Assembly: GCA_963677225.1 (NCBI GenBank)
Contig: OY781923.1
Location: forward strand, 1,693,507 to 1,757,506
Direction: 5' to 3'
DNA: 64,000 bases
Source: Sphaerochaetaceae bacterium
Lineage (GTDB): Bacteria; Spirochaetota; Spirochaetia; Sphaerochaetales; Sphaerochaetaceae
Part shown: piece after piece, positions 63,308 through 64,000 of the stretch
Position numbering within the stretch: the first letter of the stretch is position 1
Layout: the number at the start of each line of letters is the position of its first letter
Made by a program: the position numbers and the translations under genes
Notes under the pieces: generated by a model
Databases searched by the model: none
The model's input: only the letters and a program-made list of their open reading frames with translations
Told to the model about the DNA's origin: nothing

Positions 63308-64000
63308 TTACTGAACTTTCCTTTTCTGATACTCGAGAAGTCCGCCAACTTTGATATATTCAAACTGAAGAGGAGTTATCTGCGCAACCGCATCAATAAC
63401 GGAGTCTGACATTCTGATTTTTATGGAAATCGGTGTTCCCTTGTCGAGATGCTCCTGTACCTGCACGAGAATATCCGAGATCACGAGCTCATCCCCCTGC
63501 CCGATAAGATCATACTGGGATTCATCAGCGAACTGCAGCGGAAGTATTCCGAAATTGCACAGGTTCGTGTGATGAATGCGTTCGAACGATTTCGTCAGTA
63601 TGACTTTTACACCGAGATACATCGGACAGATAGCCGCATGCTCGCGTGAAGACCCCTGCCCGTAAGAATAACCGGCCACGACGACATTTGCCTTTCCTGT
63701 GCTCTGTATCTCTTTGCATCTGTCATGAAATGTGGGATCCACTCCTTCGAATGTATAATGTGCATATGCCGGAATGTTCGATCTGAATTTCAGACGCTGA
63801 CCGGCAGGCATGATATGGTCGGTAGTGATCTTGTCACCGGTTTTCAACGTGACGATACCGTCTATATCTGATGGGAAGATCGTGCCTTTTGGAGGATCTC
63901 CGATATTCGGACCTCTTACAACCTTCACGTCCCTGCCTGAAGAGGGAGGGAATTCGATCATTGAATCGTCTACATAGAACTGCTCGGGATATACTTTCTC
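63308..64000 (-). CDS. Aconitate hydratase (partial; only the C-terminal swivel domain is in the window)
   Basis: GDKITTDHIMPAG, GYSYGQGSSREHAA and ERIHHTNLCNFGILPL. The reading frame stays open upstream of the ORF-track Met at 63961, through to position 64000 (EKVYPEQFYVDDS-M...). Confidence 0.87.
   Translation of the reverse strand, partial: EKVYPEQFYVDDSMIEFPPSSGRDVKVVRGPNIGDPPKGTIFPSDIDGIVTLKTGDKITTDHIMPAGQRLKFRSNIPAYAHYTFEGVDPTFHDRCKEIQSTGKANVVVAGYSYGQGSSREHAAICPMYLGVKVILTKSFERIHHTNLCNFGILPLQFADESQYDLIGQGDELVISDILVQVQEHLDKGTPISIKIRMSDSVIDAVAQITPLQFEYIKVGGLLEYQKRKVQ

Noticed and set aside
1-64000. Search for CRISPR arrays, IS elements, integrases, phage or defence-island genes, toxin-antitoxin pairs and large direct or inverted repeats
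   Set aside because: Coding density is near-continuous with recognisable housekeeping genes. I saw no periodic repeat-spacer pattern, transposase or recombinase motifs, or restriction/abortive-infection-type domains. A repeat finder was not run, so short dispersed repeats could have been missed.

Overview
This 64-kb window is a compact, almost entirely housekeeping stretch of bacterial chromosome. I call about 60 protein genes, one tRNA-Val, several intrinsic terminators and a few promoter or operator candidates. I saw no rRNA, CRISPR array, transposase, integrase or phage genes.

Reading left to right:
- 1-4.9 kb, minus strand: V-type ATPase operon in the order E, DUF2764-like, A, B, D.
- 5.1-13.7 kb: polyferredoxin, udp, mutS2, rsgA, a pentapeptide-repeat gene plus an MBL hydrolase, then a GNAT-yggS-small membrane-rluD operon.
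- 13.8-18.2 kb: tRNA-Val, an amylosucrase-like GH13 gene and a Zn/Cd-type P1B ATPase.
- 18.3-27.3 kb: two tandem EF-G paralogues, trmB, mfd and an IMPase-family gene.
- 27.3-29.2 kb: a translationally coupled cassette of an ACT-like protein, a P-loop NTPase and yhhQ.
- 29.3-38.2 kb: nrdR convergent with a dGTPase-like gene, then a membrane protein, aroK, aroC, an XPB helicase and a 648-aa partner, convergent with aroD/E.
- 38.3-47.4 kb: an ABC-F gene, maf, then rpsB-tsf-frr-uppS-cdsA-dxr-rseP.
- 47.4-51.7 kb, minus strand: dnaB, rplI, a DUF2232-like gene, rpsR, ssb, rpsF and an unlisted 30-codon basic micro-ORF.
- 51.9-64 kb: murD, a FemX-like gene, metG, hflKC, a Fur-family gene, argG, an ArsR-family gene, a HIBADH-like gene, citrate synthase and a partial aconitase.

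Gene content and synteny look Spirochaetota-like. That is inference only.

The candidates I consider most worth following up:
1. The bacterial XPB helicase coupled to a large uncharacterised partner. The partner contains a segment that by eye resembles the XPB N-terminal domain, and the pair sits inside a shikimate gene cluster.
2. The ACT-like/NTPase/YhhQ cassette.
3. The bS22/mS38-like micro-ORF.
4. The operator-like palindrome on the metal ATPase promoter, together with a distant ArsR-family protein carrying an alpha5-type metal site.

All homology statements come from motif recognition by eye. No searches were run.
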